Shown: positions 35,215 through 45,695 of the stretch, piece by piece
Position numbering within the stretch: the stretch's first letter is position 1
How the letters are laid out: every line of letters begins with the position of its first letter
From: Dehalococcoidia bacterium
GTDB lineage: Bacteria > Chloroflexota > Dehalococcoidia > Plut-88900
DNA length: 64,000 nucleotides
Direction of reading: 5' to 3'
NCBI GenBank assembly: GCA_965197585.1
Contig: OZ240215.1
Coordinates: 352,001-416,000, forward strand
The notes under the pieces: generated by a model
What the model saw: only the letters and a program-made list of their open reading frames with translations
Databases searched by the model: none
Told to the model about the DNA's origin: nothing
Translations under genes and position numbers: made by a program

Positions 35215-36828
35215 CTAGTACCTGCTGTACAGGCAGTTGCCGTCAACATACGTGCGTTCGACGGCGATATCGGTTATGAAATCGGGATTCGCTTGCGTCG
35301 GATCATGCCCCAGTACAACTAGGTCCGCCCGCTTCCCGACCTCTATCGACCCCACCTCCGTCTCTCTCCTCAAGGCCACGGCAGAGTTGATGGTGTACAT
35401 CCTCAGCGCCTCCATCGGAGTCACTGCTTCTTCGGGGGAGACGGCATCTCCTGTCCCGCGGGCCACCCTGTTCACCGCGGCCCGGATCCCGATGAGCGGG
35501 TCCAGTGGAGCACACGGGTTGTCCGACCCCGCCGCCACCGTCAGGCCAGCATCGATCATGCTCCGATACGGTTCTATCCCAAAAGTGCGCCCCAGCTCCC
35601 GAGCTCGCACCTGCTGCCGGTCAGCCCAGGTGTAAATGAAAGGCGGCTGCACAGAGGCTATCACGTCCAGCGAACGCGCCTTATCTATCTGCTCGCGGGT
35701 TGGCATCGTGAAGTGCTCAATGCGGAACCGAGGGTCCGATACAGGCCTCTCCCGCAATGCCCGCTCGAAGGAGTTGAGCGCCTGCTCGATCGCCCACGGC
35801 CCGAGACAGTGGATGATCACCTGCATCCCTAGCTTGTGCGCTGATAGCACAAGCTCGTCCGCCTCCTCCTGCGAGTAGTACTGTGTCCCGACCCGCTCGA
35901 TCTCCCCATTATCGTGGCACTTGAAATTGGCCGCGTCTGGGAACACCGGGTCCATGAACATCTTCAGCGTCCCACCCCGCAACCGATCGGACGTGTCCTC
36001 TATCCCTAGTTCGCCTCGTGAAGCTTCCTCCGGCGCCCTGAAGAACGTCAGCCCTCCAAGCTGCTGCCTGAGAGCGATTGGTATCTTTGCCTGATCATCC
36101 GCCATCTTGTACAGCCGTGCCGCGTCGGGCGTAACCAACGCCTCCCCGACTGACGTAATCCCCACCGACAGGTGTTTCATCGAGTTCCGGTAGACAAAGT
36201 CTGCGGCCCCGTCGCCGTAGTGGTCGACGTGGGCTTTCAGGCACAGCGAATGTACGGGGTCCATCGCCCTTTCCCAAAGCTCCCCGGACGGTTCTCCCTG
36301 GTCATCCTTGAGGATTTGACCTCCACGCGGGTCGGGAGTGCTTGAGTCTATCCCCCCTAGCTGCATGGCTAGTGAGTTCGCATAGCAGCTGTGGTGAGAA
36401 CCGTCCATGATGCAGACCGGGTTGTCCGGTGCTGCATCATCCAGGTCCCGACGCGTCAGGTTCCGCCCCTCCCGGACGTAGTCCCCGGCGAAGCCCCAAC
36501 CGAATATCCACTGTCCCGGCAGCGCTGCGCTCGCCGCCCGTGCTATCGCATCCTTTATACCGGCGATGCTTTCGTGAGGCGGCGTCCAGCAGTCCACAGC
36601 TACCGGGTCGAACACCGTGGCCGAGAAATGGTTGTGAGGATCGACGAAGCCCGGGATCAGTGTGCGCCCTGCAAGAGGCACGACCTCCGTCCCCTCCGAC
36701 ACCATGCCCGAGACCTCCGCCGTGGCCCCGACCGCCGCAATCTTCCCGTCCTTCACCGCAAGGGCCTCGGCCCGCGTCCCGCCGCGGTCCATGGTCATCA
36801 CGTTTCCGCCGAGGAATACAAGATCCAT
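35215..36828 (-). CDS. Amidohydrolase_3 (YtcJ-like)
   Basis: PGFVDPHNH, RIEH, AGSDNP, GSIEVGKRADLVVL. Confidence 0.92.
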   Translation of the reverse strand: MDLVFLGGNVMTMDRGGTRAEALAVKDGKIAAVGATAEVSGMVSEGTEVVPLAGRTLIPGFVDPHNHFSATVFDPVAVDCWTPPHESIAGIKDAIARAASAALPGQWIFGWGFAGDYVREGRNLTRRDLDDAAPDNPVCIMDGSHHSCYANSLAMQLGGIDSSTPDPRGGQILKDDQGEPSGELWERAMDPVHSLCLKAHVDHYGDGAADFVYRNSMKHLSVGITSVGEALVTPDAARLYKMADDQAKIPIALRQQLGGLTFFRAPEEASRGELGIEDTSDRLRGGTLKMFMDPVFPDAANFKCHDNGEIERVGTQYYSQEEADELVLSAHKLGMQVIIHCLGPWAIEQALNSFERALRERPVSDPRFRIEHFTMPTREQIDKARSLDVIASVQPPFIYTWADRQQVRARELGRTFGIEPYRSMIDAGLTVAAGSDNPCAPLDPLIGIRAAVNRVARGTGDAVSPEEAVTPMEALRMYTINSAVALRRETEVGSIEVGKRADLVVLGHDPTQANPDFITDIAVERTYVDGNCLYSRY

Positions 36829-36867
36829 CTGGAGACCTCCCGGTTTTCTAAAGGTTGGTAGAATGCG

Positions 36868-37284
36868 CTATCTGCCGCTCAACCCGTGGTATTCGATGAA
36901 CCTCGTGGGCTTCACCCGAATCGTCGCCGACTCCGCATTATCCGGGCGATCTCCCAAGTACTTGTTCGCCCCCTCTTCCCCCAGGTACGCCGTGGCAATT
37001 CCTTTTATGGTGGCCACTGAGTGTACCGTCTCCAGCCGAGCGATTCCCCGCACCATCACCGCGTAGTAGGGAGTCTCCCTCTGGTCGAACACCAGCATCA
37101 CGTTCTCGTTGTTCTGGATGTTCTTGTACTTCTGGGACCCCAGGCCCGTGGACATGACGAATTCGCCGTCCTCATACAGGCACCACATGGGTATCGAATG
37201 TGGCCTGCCCTTGGTGTCGACGGTCGATAGCACCCCCACCTGCACTTTCTTCAGAAACTCCTCAATGTGTTCCGATGGCTGCAT
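36868..37284 (-). CDS. Pyridoxamine 5'-phosphate oxidase-like (probably F420-binding) protein
   Basis: GVLSTVDTKGRPHSIPMW...SQKYKNIQNNENV. Confidence 0.85.
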   Translation of the reverse strand: MQPSEHIEEFLKKVQVGVLSTVDTKGRPHSIPMWCLYEDGEFVMSTGLGSQKYKNIQNNENVMLVFDQRETPYYAVMVRGIARLETVHSVATIKGIATAYLGEEGANKYLGDRPDNAESATIRVKPTRFIEYHGLSGR

Positions 37285-37333
37285 GCTTGATTGCTCTCTT
37301 TCTCTTGGTTGTGTGGCCTATTGCGGCGAAAGG

Positions 37334-38467
37334 TCAGGACAACGAGAACCCGTAGAGCCTCGCCGCGTTGCCCGCCACAATCTTCCGCTTTTCCTCTTCA
37401 GATACATCCCTGAAAATCCGATCTATCACCTCTTGAGAGTGAGGGAATGTGCCCTCGTCGTGGGGATAGTCACTGCCCCACATCAGGCAATCTGTACCGG
37501 TGAGCTCACGCGTAAGCAGACCCGCCAGGTCGTCCCCGAAGGTGGCGAATCCCTGGCGCTTGAAGTATTCGCTGGGTGGCAGCTCAAGGTGAGGGACCGC
37601 CCACATGTGACGCTTGGCATGCAGTTCATCCAGGCATTGAAGCACCCACGCCAGCCACCCCACCCCCGACTCCACCAGCACAAATTTCATGCTCGGGTGT
37701 CGTCCCAGCGTGTTGGAAGCGATAAGCATGATAGTCGGCCCCATGGCTGCCGCCATGCCTGTTATGCTCCCAAGGTGGTCCTCCCCCACGCCCGTGGCCC
37801 GTTCGTATTCGCTAGCCGCAGCGGTGGCTGCCGGGTCGGGCCCCGTGGTGAATACGTGAAAAGCCAACGGGATGTCTAGCTCTTCGGCGACATCCCAAAA
37901 CGGCTCGTAGTCCGGGTGATTGTACGGCTTGGTGGGCATCGCGCACGGCAGCGATAGACTCTTGTAGCCCATCTTCGCCACCCGCTTCGCCTCGCCAATT
38001 GCATCCTGCACGTTGAGCATGGGAATCTCGGCCGTTACCGCGAAGACATCCTGTCGGGCGCCGAATATCTCGTGGTGCCAGTCGTTGTACAGCCCCGCCA
38101 GGGCTAGCTGGTACCCGGGGTCCGGGGATGCGAAAGTCTTGAAAACGGCCTGCGGGTAGATCACCTCGGCGCTGACACCATCTTTTTCCAGGTCTGCCAG
38201 GCGCAGAGGTATGTCTACTCCCCCTGCCCTATGTTGTTGACGTCCTAAGTCCTCCCCGTCCCGCCAGTACCTCTGCATGTCGTCTTCATTCAACGGGTTG
38301 GGGGCAATGACGGGCATCGGTGCCTGCCCCTCGAAGACCATGAATCTCTCACCGTCTATGGTCTCCTCGTGGGGCGCCCTCGCCCTATATTGGACAGGGA
38401 GCCTTTCATATATCTCTGCCGGTTCATTGCAATGTGAGTCCGCCGAGATGACCTTGTAATCCGACAT
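37334..38467 (-). CDS. Amidohydrolase_2 family protein
   Basis: ISADSH, FH, VESGVGW, MWGSDYPHDEGTFP. Confidence 0.93.
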   Translation of the reverse strand: MSDYKVISADSHCNEPAEIYERLPVQYRARAPHEETIDGERFMVFEGQAPMPVIAPNPLNEDDMQRYWRDGEDLGRQQHRAGGVDIPLRLADLEKDGVSAEVIYPQAVFKTFASPDPGYQLALAGLYNDWHHEIFGARQDVFAVTAEIPMLNVQDAIGEAKRVAKMGYKSLSLPCAMPTKPYNHPDYEPFWDVAEELDIPLAFHVFTTGPDPAATAAASEYERATGVGEDHLGSITGMAAAMGPTIMLIASNTLGRHPSMKFVLVESGVGWLAWVLQCLDELHAKRHMWAVPHLELPPSEYFKRQGFATFGDDLAGLLTRELTGTDCLMWGSDYPHDEGTFPHSQEVIDRIFRDVSEEEKRKIVAGNAARLYGFSLS

Positions 38468-38495
38468 TTCACCTCCCAAATACCTGGCTCCCTAG

Positions 38496-39629
38496 TTACT
38501 GGAAAAACCCGTACAGCTTGGCCGCATTCTCTCCGACCATTTTACGCTTCTCATCCTCTGGTATTCCTTCGAACGTTCGCTCTATCACCTCCCGTGAGTG
38601 AGGGAATGTGCCCTCGTCGTGTGGGTAATCGCTGCCCCACATCAGGTTTTCCACACCAATGACGTATCGGGTCATCAGCCCTACCCGATCGTCCCCGAAG
38701 GTGGCGTATCCCTGCCGATGAAAGTACTCGCTGGGCTTCATGTTCAGCTTCGGCTCGGCCCACATGTGTCGCTTGATCTGCATCTCGTCAAGTGTCTGCA
38801 GCACCCACGCAAGCCACCCCACCCCTCCCTCCACCAGCACGAACTTCAGGCCCGGGTGCCGCTCCAAAGCCCCCGAGGCCACCAGCAAGGTAAGCGGGTT
38901 CATCGCGTGCGCCATGTCTACTATCTCGCTGGCTAGGTCCTGTCCCGGGCCGCCCCGGTGTGGCCCCGATGGAGGTTGGCCCGTCGGGCCCACTGTAAAA
39001 ACGTGAAACGCCACGGGTGTCTCGGTACTCTCTGCGATGTCCCAGAACGGGTCATATTCCGGGAAATTGTAAGGAAGCGTCGGCATGCTGATGGGCACGG
39101 AAAACGACCTCCCTCCGAGCCTCACCACCCGCTTCGCCTCCTCAATCGCCGACTGAATGTCGATCATCGGCAGCAGTGCTGACGTCACGAACCTGTCCGG
39201 ATGCTCCCCGAAGATATCGTGGTACCAGTCATTGTATAGGCTGGTAAGCGCTCGCTGGTAACCGGCGTCCGGGGAGGCAAAGGACTTGAAGATGCCCTGC
39301 GGGTAGATCACCTCTCCCGAAACTCCGTCATCTTCCAGGTCCGAGAGGCGGACCGGGATGTCGATCCCGCCCGCCAGGTCGCTCGGGTTGCTGGCGATAA
39401 GTTCCTGGTCCTTCTCTGCATCCCGGAAGAACCTGCGCATATCCTCTTCCGAGAGAGGATTCGGAGCGTCGAGGGGCATATCTCCGGCCCCCTCTATCCT
39501 CAGGAAGCGGTGCCCGTCCTTCACGACCTCCCGCGGTGCCCGAGGCCGGTACTCCTCCGGGAGGCGTTCATACAGCTCGACAGGCTCGTTTGCGTGAGAG
39601 TCCGCCGATATAACCATGTAGTCCGCCAT
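38496..39629 (-). CDS. Amidohydrolase_2 family protein (tandem paralog)
   Basis: ISADSH, VEGGVGW, MWGSDYPHDEGTFP. Confidence 0.93.
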   Translation of the reverse strand: MADYMVISADSHANEPVELYERLPEEYRPRAPREVVKDGHRFLRIEGAGDMPLDAPNPLSEEDMRRFFRDAEKDQELIASNPSDLAGGIDIPVRLSDLEDDGVSGEVIYPQGIFKSFASPDAGYQRALTSLYNDWYHDIFGEHPDRFVTSALLPMIDIQSAIEEAKRVVRLGGRSFSVPISMPTLPYNFPEYDPFWDIAESTETPVAFHVFTVGPTGQPPSGPHRGGPGQDLASEIVDMAHAMNPLTLLVASGALERHPGLKFVLVEGGVGWLAWVLQTLDEMQIKRHMWAEPKLNMKPSEYFHRQGYATFGDDRVGLMTRYVIGVENLMWGSDYPHDEGTFPHSREVIERTFEGIPEDEKRKMVGENAAKLYGFFQ

Positions 39630-39735
39630 GTCGCCCACTCCTTCCTCCATACGTCCATCGACCCCACCCTAGCCTACGCCGATTGTACCAGCCCGCAAAC
39701 CCAACGTGCTAAAATCGCTGCGTGGAGCAACTTCC

Positions 39736-41151
39736 GTGACTACAACTGAGAACAAATTCCGGGATCTCCCGAGCGTCGACAAACTGCTCGCGACCGATGA
39801 AACAAGGGCACTGGTGGAGACCTACTCCCACGGCGCCCTGGTCACCCTTGCCCGAGACTCGTTGCAGGCGGCGCGACAGTGCATATCGGACGGAGGTGCT
39901 GCGCCCTCCCTGGAAGCCCTCGTCGAGGAGATTGCCCAGAAAGCCAAGACCCTGTGGAAACCCTCCCCCCGACGCGTGATCAACGCCACCGGCGTCGTTA
40001 TCCACACCAACCTCGGCCGCGCCCCGCTCAGTGAAGAGGCAGCGAAGGCGGCGATGGAAGCAGGCGCCGGTTACTCCGACCTGGAGGTCGACCTGGAAAA
40101 GGGCGAGCGCGGAGGCCGGGACGCGACCCTCAAGTCCCTCGTTAGCCGTCTCACTGGCGCCGAGTCCGCCTTGGCGGTCAACAACAACGCCGCTGCCCTA
40201 CATCTCATCCTGAGCGTTCTCGCCTTGGGTCGGGATGTCATAGTGAGCCGGGGAGAGGCCGTGGAGATCGGCGGCGGCGTCCGGGTTCCCGAGATATTGA
40301 GTGCCAGCGGTGCTCGGCTGGTTGAGGTCGGTACCACCAACCGCACCTACCTGTCCGACTACCGCAACGCCATTACCGAAAACACTGCCCTGTTCCTGAA
40401 AGTTCACTCCAGCAACTTCAAGGTCATCGGCTTCACGGAGGCCCCTGATACGGGAGCGCTCGCTGCTTTGGGCCGAGAGGCGGGCATACCAGTGGTTCAC
40501 GACGTCGGTAGCGGTTGCCTGGTCGACACCCGAGACTTCGGGCTGTCAGATGAGCCGAGACCCCAGGATAGCATTGCTGCCGGGGTGGACTTGGTGGCCT
40601 TTTCGGGAGACAAGCTGCTCGGAGGGCCGCAGGCGGGTATTATCGTAGGATGTCAGGTTCTGGTCTCCAAACTGGCCCGTCACCCCTTGGCCCGGGCCGC
40701 TAGGATCGACAAGATGACGATGGCAGCCCTCACCGCCACTCTCCTCCACTACCTTAAGGAGGAGCATTTCGACAAGGTACCCGTCTGGCGCATGATTTCG
40801 ATGCCTCTGGAGACCATCAAGCCGAGGGCCCTCGCGTGGCGCGACGCTATTAGAAATGGCGTCGACGTTGTCGAGACTACGTCGGCCATAGGCGGAGGCA
40901 GTCTCCCCGGCGACACCCTTCCAACCTGGGCTTTGCAGGTGCGCCCCCCGAACGGTGTCACGGTCGACTCCCTCGCTAAATTCCTCCGCACCGGCCCCAC
41001 TCCCGTCTTAGGCCGCATCGACGATGACGCCCTGCTACTGGACCCACGCACCGTTCTCCGGGAGCAGGAAGCTGCCCTGAAGGACGCAGTAATCAGGGCC
41101 CTGGACGCGGGCCCCGGGTCGACGTCCAACTCTAGTCGTGAGACAGACTGA
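39736..41151 (+). CDS. selA: L-seryl-tRNA(Sec) selenium transferase
   Basis: VINATGVVIHTNLGRAPL, VNNNAAA, EVGTTNRT, FSGDKLLGGPQAG. Confidence 0.96.
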   Translation: MTTTENKFRDLPSVDKLLATDETRALVETYSHGALVTLARDSLQAARQCISDGGAAPSLEALVEEIAQKAKTLWKPSPRRVINATGVVIHTNLGRAPLSEEAAKAAMEAGAGYSDLEVDLEKGERGGRDATLKSLVSRLTGAESALAVNNNAAALHLILSVLALGRDVIVSRGEAVEIGGGVRVPEILSASGARLVEVGTTNRTYLSDYRNAITENTALFLKVHSSNFKVIGFTEAPDTGALAALGREAGIPVVHDVGSGCLVDTRDFGLSDEPRPQDSIAAGVDLVAFSGDKLLGGPQAGIIVGCQVLVSKLARHPLARAARIDKMTMAALTATLLHYLKEEHFDKVPVWRMISMPLETIKPRALAWRDAIRNGVDVVETTSAIGGGSLPGDTLPTWALQVRPPNGVTVDSLAKFLRTGPTPVLGRIDDDALLLDPRTVLREQEAALKDAVIRALDAGPGSTSNSSRETD

Positions 41152-41515
41152 GACCTACCGCTGCCTCGCCTGCCGCGCTTCCCGCGTGGAAGGTGTGGGG
41201 TGGGGAGAAAGACACGCCGAGTGCGGTGTGTGTGGTGGCTCGGCGTTCCTGGTCGGGACACTGGACCCGCCACCCTTGGAAGTGCACCTTCGGCACATGA
41301 GGGTGGAGGAGGCTCTGATCAAGCTGGACAAATACCTTGATACGGCTTTCTTGTCGGGCTTGCACCAGGTACGGATAGTGCATGGGAAGGGGCAGGGCAA
41401 GGTACGCAGTGCGGTAATCGAGTGGGTCGCCGGACATCATCTGGTAAGCTCCTTCCGGGGCGCGGCTCTTGAGGAGGGCGGTTGGGGCGTCACGGTGGTC
41501 ACGATGGCTCGATGA
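41138..41515 (+). CDS. Smr/MutS2 C-terminal-domain protein with N-terminal CxxC pairs
   Basis: HLRHMRVEEA, RIVHGKGQGKVR, EGGWGVTVV. Confidence 0.85.
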   Translation: MRQTETYRCLACRASRVEGVGWGERHAECGVCGGSAFLVGTLDPPPLEVHLRHMRVEEALIKLDKYLDTAFLSGLHQVRIVHGKGQGKVRSAVIEWVAGHHLVSSFRGAALEEGGWGVTVVTMAR

Positions 41516-41536
41516 GGGGTCAGGGGTAAGGGATAT

Positions 41537-42880
41537 ATGGCAAAGCAGGGCAAGGATCTGTTCGAAGTCTCGACCGAGGCTCAGCTTAGGCAGGACGCGC
41601 CCCTCGCCGCGCGCATGCGCCCCATCAACTTCGACGAGTACGTTGGCCAAGAGCACCTGATCGGCAAGGGAAGAGCCCTTAGGACCAGCATCGAGGCGGA
41701 CCGCCTCCCCTCGATGGTGCTTTGGGGCCCACCTGGCAGCGGAAAGACCACCCTGGCCCGGATCATCGCCTCCCAGACCCAGGCCAGCTTCAAACAGGTC
41801 AGCGCCGTGGCCTCCGGCGTCGCCGAGCTAAGACAGGTGATCAAGGAGGCCAAAGACATCCGCGGCATGTATCGCCGCAGCACCATACTGTTCATCGACG
41901 AAATCCACCGCTTCAACAAGGCACAACAGGACGTGGTCTTGCCTCACGTGGAAGACGGGACCGTCACCCTAATCGGCGCTACCACCGAAAATCCCTCATT
42001 CGAGGTCATAGCGCCCCTTCTCTCCCGCTGCCGGGTCTTCACCCTAAAGCCCCTTGAAGAAGCTCAGATCAGGACCATAATCGAGCGTGCGCTAACAGAC
42101 CCGGAAAAGGGACTCGGTCGAGAGGGCGTGTCCCTGGACCCCGAGGCCCTTGACCGCCTGGTCGACTTGAGCGGCAACGACGCCCGTATAGCTCTTAACA
42201 CGCTGGAGCTCGCTGTCTGGGTGGCGTCGTCTTCCGGGGCCCGTGTCATCAGTGTTGATGCGATAGAAGACGCCTTGCAGCGCCGTACGCCTCGGTACGA
42301 CAAGAGCGGAGACCAGCACTACGACATCATATCGGCCTTCATAAAGTCCTTGAGAGGCTCGGACCCGGACGCGGCCCTATACTGGATGTCTCGCATGATC
42401 GAGGCTGGAGAAGACCCGATGTTCATAGTGCGGAGGATGGTGATATTGGCGGCGGAGGACGTGGGTCTTGCCGACCCACAGGCTCTCGTAGTGGCAGTTG
42501 CGGCACAGCAGGCGGTCCACTTCGTCGGGATGCCCGAGGGATTCATCCCCATGGCCGAAGCCGCCGTATACCTTGCCACGGCGCCCAAGAGCAACTCGGC
42601 GTATGCGGCCTACCTCAAAGCCAAGGAAGATGTCGAGAAGACTCATCACCTCCCCGTGCCGCTGCACCTGAGGAACGCACCCACTGGTCTAATGCGTGCC
42701 TCGGGGTACGGCAAGGGCTACAAGTACGCCCACGACTACGAGGGGAACTACGTAGAGCAACAGCACCTGCCGGAGGAGCTTTCGGGACGAAATTACTATG
42801 AGCCGTCGGGCCAGGGCTTTGAACTGGAGATAGAGAAGAGAATCAAGGAAAGACGCCCCCCACCCCGCCCCGACAAATGA
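41537..42880 (+). CDS. rarA: Replication-associated recombination protein A
   Basis: PLAARMRP, WGPPGSGKT, DEIHRFNKAQQD, ISAFIKSLRGSDPDAA. Confidence 0.97.
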   Translation: MAKQGKDLFEVSTEAQLRQDAPLAARMRPINFDEYVGQEHLIGKGRALRTSIEADRLPSMVLWGPPGSGKTTLARIIASQTQASFKQVSAVASGVAELRQVIKEAKDIRGMYRRSTILFIDEIHRFNKAQQDVVLPHVEDGTVTLIGATTENPSFEVIAPLLSRCRVFTLKPLEEAQIRTIIERALTDPEKGLGREGVSLDPEALDRLVDLSGNDARIALNTLELAVWVASSSGARVISVDAIEDALQRRTPRYDKSGDQHYDIISAFIKSLRGSDPDAALYWMSRMIEAGEDPMFIVRRMVILAAEDVGLADPQALVVAVAAQQAVHFVGMPEGFIPMAEAAVYLATAPKSNSAYAAYLKAKEDVEKTHHLPVPLHLRNAPTGLMRASGYGKGYKYAHDYEGNYVEQQHLPEELSGRNYYEPSGQGFELEIEKRIKERRPPPRPDK

Positions 42881-42899
42881 CCCCTTTTTGCTCAGGGAT

Positions 42900-43859
42900 C
42901 TACGATACGCGAGGCAGCACCTTTTCGGCGATGACGTCCAGCAATTCCGTGTCTTCGTAGTCGTAAAGCTGGAATATTATCCGTGATGCGCCCGCCTCCG
43001 AGTAAGCAAGGATCCGCTCCACCACCCGGTCCGGCGTACCGACTATCCACCCTTTGTCCATCAACTCATCCGGAGTAGCGTCGGCGACGCCCTTCTCCGG
43101 ACCCAGGATGTCGGCAACCCGAGCCAGTCGCCGCGCGTAGTCCTGGTCGTCTCGGCCGATAATCGCCGTTCCGGTTAGAGAGATCGATATCTCGCCCGGG
43201 TCCCGATTTATCTCCCGGCACAGCCTGTGCAGCAAGGCTCGCTTCGCAATAAACCCCTCTACGGTGAGGCTTATGCCATTCCACTCCTGGGCGTACTTCA
43301 CCGTGATCGGGAGGGTGCGCTTCTCCCCGTTTCCGCCTATGACAAAAGGCGGGTGAGGTGACTGATGGGGCTTGGGATAAGACGTAGCCCCTTCCAGGGT
43401 GTAGTGCTGTCCCTTGAAGGAAACGTTGTCCTCCGTCCACAGGGCCTTGATTATCTCCAGCCCCTCTTCGAGCATTCCGTAGCGTGTCTTCCAGTCGTAG
43501 AACGGGATGCCGAATGCGGTGTGCTCCGGCACGCACCACCCCGCCCCCAGCCCCATCTCCAGCCTCCCGTTGGACAGCACGTCAATAGACGCCGCCATCT
43601 TGGCGAGAACGCTCGGATGCCGGAACGTCATAGGCGTAACCATCGCCCCGAAGCGTATGCGCTCGGTCCTGGCAGCCAGGGTCGCGAAGGATATCCAGGC
43701 CTCCAGGACTTCCTTGTCAGGCCCGAGCACCAGGGGGTGAAGGTGGTCCGAGCGCCACATAGACTCGAAGCCCAGGCCCTCGGTTCGGTCTACGAAGTCG
43801 TGCCACTTTTCCCATGTCAGGTCTTCCTGACCCTCTAGCATTATTCCAATGTTAACCAT
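42900..43859 (-). CDS. LLM-class F420-dependent oxidoreductase
   Basis: WRSDH, FRHPSVLAKMAASIDVLSNGRLEMGLGAGW, IGGNGEKRTL. Confidence 0.92.
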   Translation of the reverse strand: MVNIGIMLEGQEDLTWEKWHDFVDRTEGLGFESMWRSDHLHPLVLGPDKEVLEAWISFATLAARTERIRFGAMVTPMTFRHPSVLAKMAASIDVLSNGRLEMGLGAGWCVPEHTAFGIPFYDWKTRYGMLEEGLEIIKALWTEDNVSFKGQHYTLEGATSYPKPHQSPHPPFVIGGNGEKRTLPITVKYAQEWNGISLTVEGFIAKRALLHRLCREINRDPGEISISLTGTAIIGRDDQDYARRLARVADILGPEKGVADATPDELMDKGWIVGTPDRVVERILAYSEAGASRIIFQLYDYEDTELLDVIAEKVLPRVS

Positions 43860-43861
43860 GG

Positions 43862-44893
43862 CTAGTTCATCACCGCCCGGAACGCTTCGACGGTCTGACC
43901 AACGTCGGCCTCATCGATGCCGTAGTGGGTCACTAGCCGAAGCTTGCCGCCACCGCGGTCCAGGGCCAGTACGCCGTGTTCTCCCAGGGCAGCGGTAACT
44001 CCCCCGTTGGGAAACTCCTTCTCTACGTCCACCATAATCATGTTGGTCTGCACCCGCTCGAGGTCAAGGCTCAGCCCCGGAATCTCGGCGAGCCCTTCGG
44101 CGATAGCCCGGGCGTTGGAATGGTCTTCCGCCAGTCTGTCAACCATAGTTTCCAGGGCAACGATTCCCGCCGCGGCTATGATGCCGGCCTGCCTCATGCC
44201 ACCGCCCAGGGCCTTGCGGATCTTTCGGGCCTTGTGAATAAACTCCTCCGAGCCGCACAGCACCGACCCCACGGGGCACGACAGTCCCTTGGAGAGGCAG
44301 AAGGTGACCGTATCAAAGGGGTCCGTGAGTTCTTTCACGTCCACCCCTAGAGCTATGGAGGCGTTGAAAAGCCGTGCCCCGTCCAGATGTAGTGGGATAT
44401 CGTGGCTCTGGGCGACTTGGGCGACGGGCCCGATGTCACCCGACCCAAGCGCCGTCCCCCCCGATAAGTTGTGAGTGTTCTCCATGCAGACCAGGGCCGT
44501 GTGAGGAAAATGCTGGTTTTCGGGACGGATGGCGTCCTCAATGTCGACTGGATCTAACCCGCCGCGCTTGGTAGTGGGAATAGAGAAGACGTGGACGCCC
44601 CCGAATGCCGAGACCCCTCCGGCCTCGTATAGATAGCTGTGGGACTTGTTCCCGAGGATGACCTCGTCTCCACGTTGGCAGTGGGACAGAATGGCAGTTA
44701 GGTTGCCTTGGGTCCCGCTGGACACCAGTACCGCTGCCTCTTTGCCGAGCCGCTCGGCGGCCATGGCCTCCAGCCGGTTGACGGTCGGGTCCTCCCCGAA
44801 AACGTCGTCTCCAAGGCTGGAGTTCGCTATTGCTTCCCGCATTTCCGGGGTGGGCTGTGTTACCGTGTCGCTCCGAAGATCAACGATTTTCAT
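43862..44893 (-). CDS. ltaE: Low-specificity L-threonine aldolase
   Basis: DLRSDTVT, ENTHN, HLDGAR, CLSKGL, GGGMRQAG. Confidence 0.95.
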   Translation of the reverse strand: MKIVDLRSDTVTQPTPEMREAIANSSLGDDVFGEDPTVNRLEAMAAERLGKEAAVLVSSGTQGNLTAILSHCQRGDEVILGNKSHSYLYEAGGVSAFGGVHVFSIPTTKRGGLDPVDIEDAIRPENQHFPHTALVCMENTHNLSGGTALGSGDIGPVAQVAQSHDIPLHLDGARLFNASIALGVDVKELTDPFDTVTFCLSKGLSCPVGSVLCGSEEFIHKARKIRKALGGGMRQAGIIAAAGIVALETMVDRLAEDHSNARAIAEGLAEIPGLSLDLERVQTNMIMVDVEKEFPNGGVTAALGEHGVLALDRGGGKLRLVTHYGIDEADVGQTVEAFRAVMN

Positions 44894-45016
44894 AGGGGTG
44901 GGCCTCCGCAGGAGATGGCTCATTCTAGCATCGGGTGTTGAGGCTTACCAGTGCAGGCCATATCATGTCACCCCCTGACCTTAAATGAATATATCGGATA
45001 GAACGGAGAATACGAG

Positions 45017-45679
45017 TTGAAAAGCAGAAGCGTAACGTTTGCCTCTGGCGCATTGAAGATGGAAGGAGTCCTTACCGGTTCGACGGAAGGTAAGACGGAG
45101 CATAGCGCTGCCGTGGCCATAGCCCATCCTCACCCACTGCACGGAGGCGACATGGAAAGCGGAGTAGTCCTGGCGATAGCGAATAAACTGGCTACACTGG
45201 GCATCCCGAGCCTTAGATTCAACTTTCGGGGCGTAGGCCGCAGCGAGGGCCGGTACGATGATGGCCGTGGCGAGCTTGACGACCTGAAGGCTGCCGTATC
45301 GTTTCTCGGCAAGGAAGAAAGCATAGACCCTGTCAAGATCGGCTTGGCCGGCTATTCTTTCGGGGCGGAGATAGTCATGCGGCTGGCCGTCGAAAGCAGC
45401 GCCTGAAGGCCCGTTTTGGCGGTGTCTCCCATAGTTTCCAGCATTACCGGTAGGCGCTGGAACATCACCCCCGGCCCGAAATTCGTGGTCTGCGGTGACT
45501 CAGACGCTTTCTTGCCCGCAGAGAGGCTAAGGGCCGGCACCCTGGAAGAAGAGCACCTCATCATCGATGGCGAGGACCACTTCTGGACGCGCAAAGCTCC
45601 CGAAATGGCGAATGCCTCTGGAGAGTTTTTCTTGAGGGCATTTGAGCTTGGTTCCTTGGATGGCGACGGGAAGAAATAG
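45017..45679 (+). pseudogene. Alpha/beta hydrolase interrupted by an in-frame TGA at 45404-45406
   Basis: HPHPLHGG, RFNFRGVG and GYSFG before the stop; GDSD and DHF (catalytic Asp/His) in the same frame after it. Confidence 0.8.
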
Positions 45680-45695
45680 CAAGCGCTTATAACCC

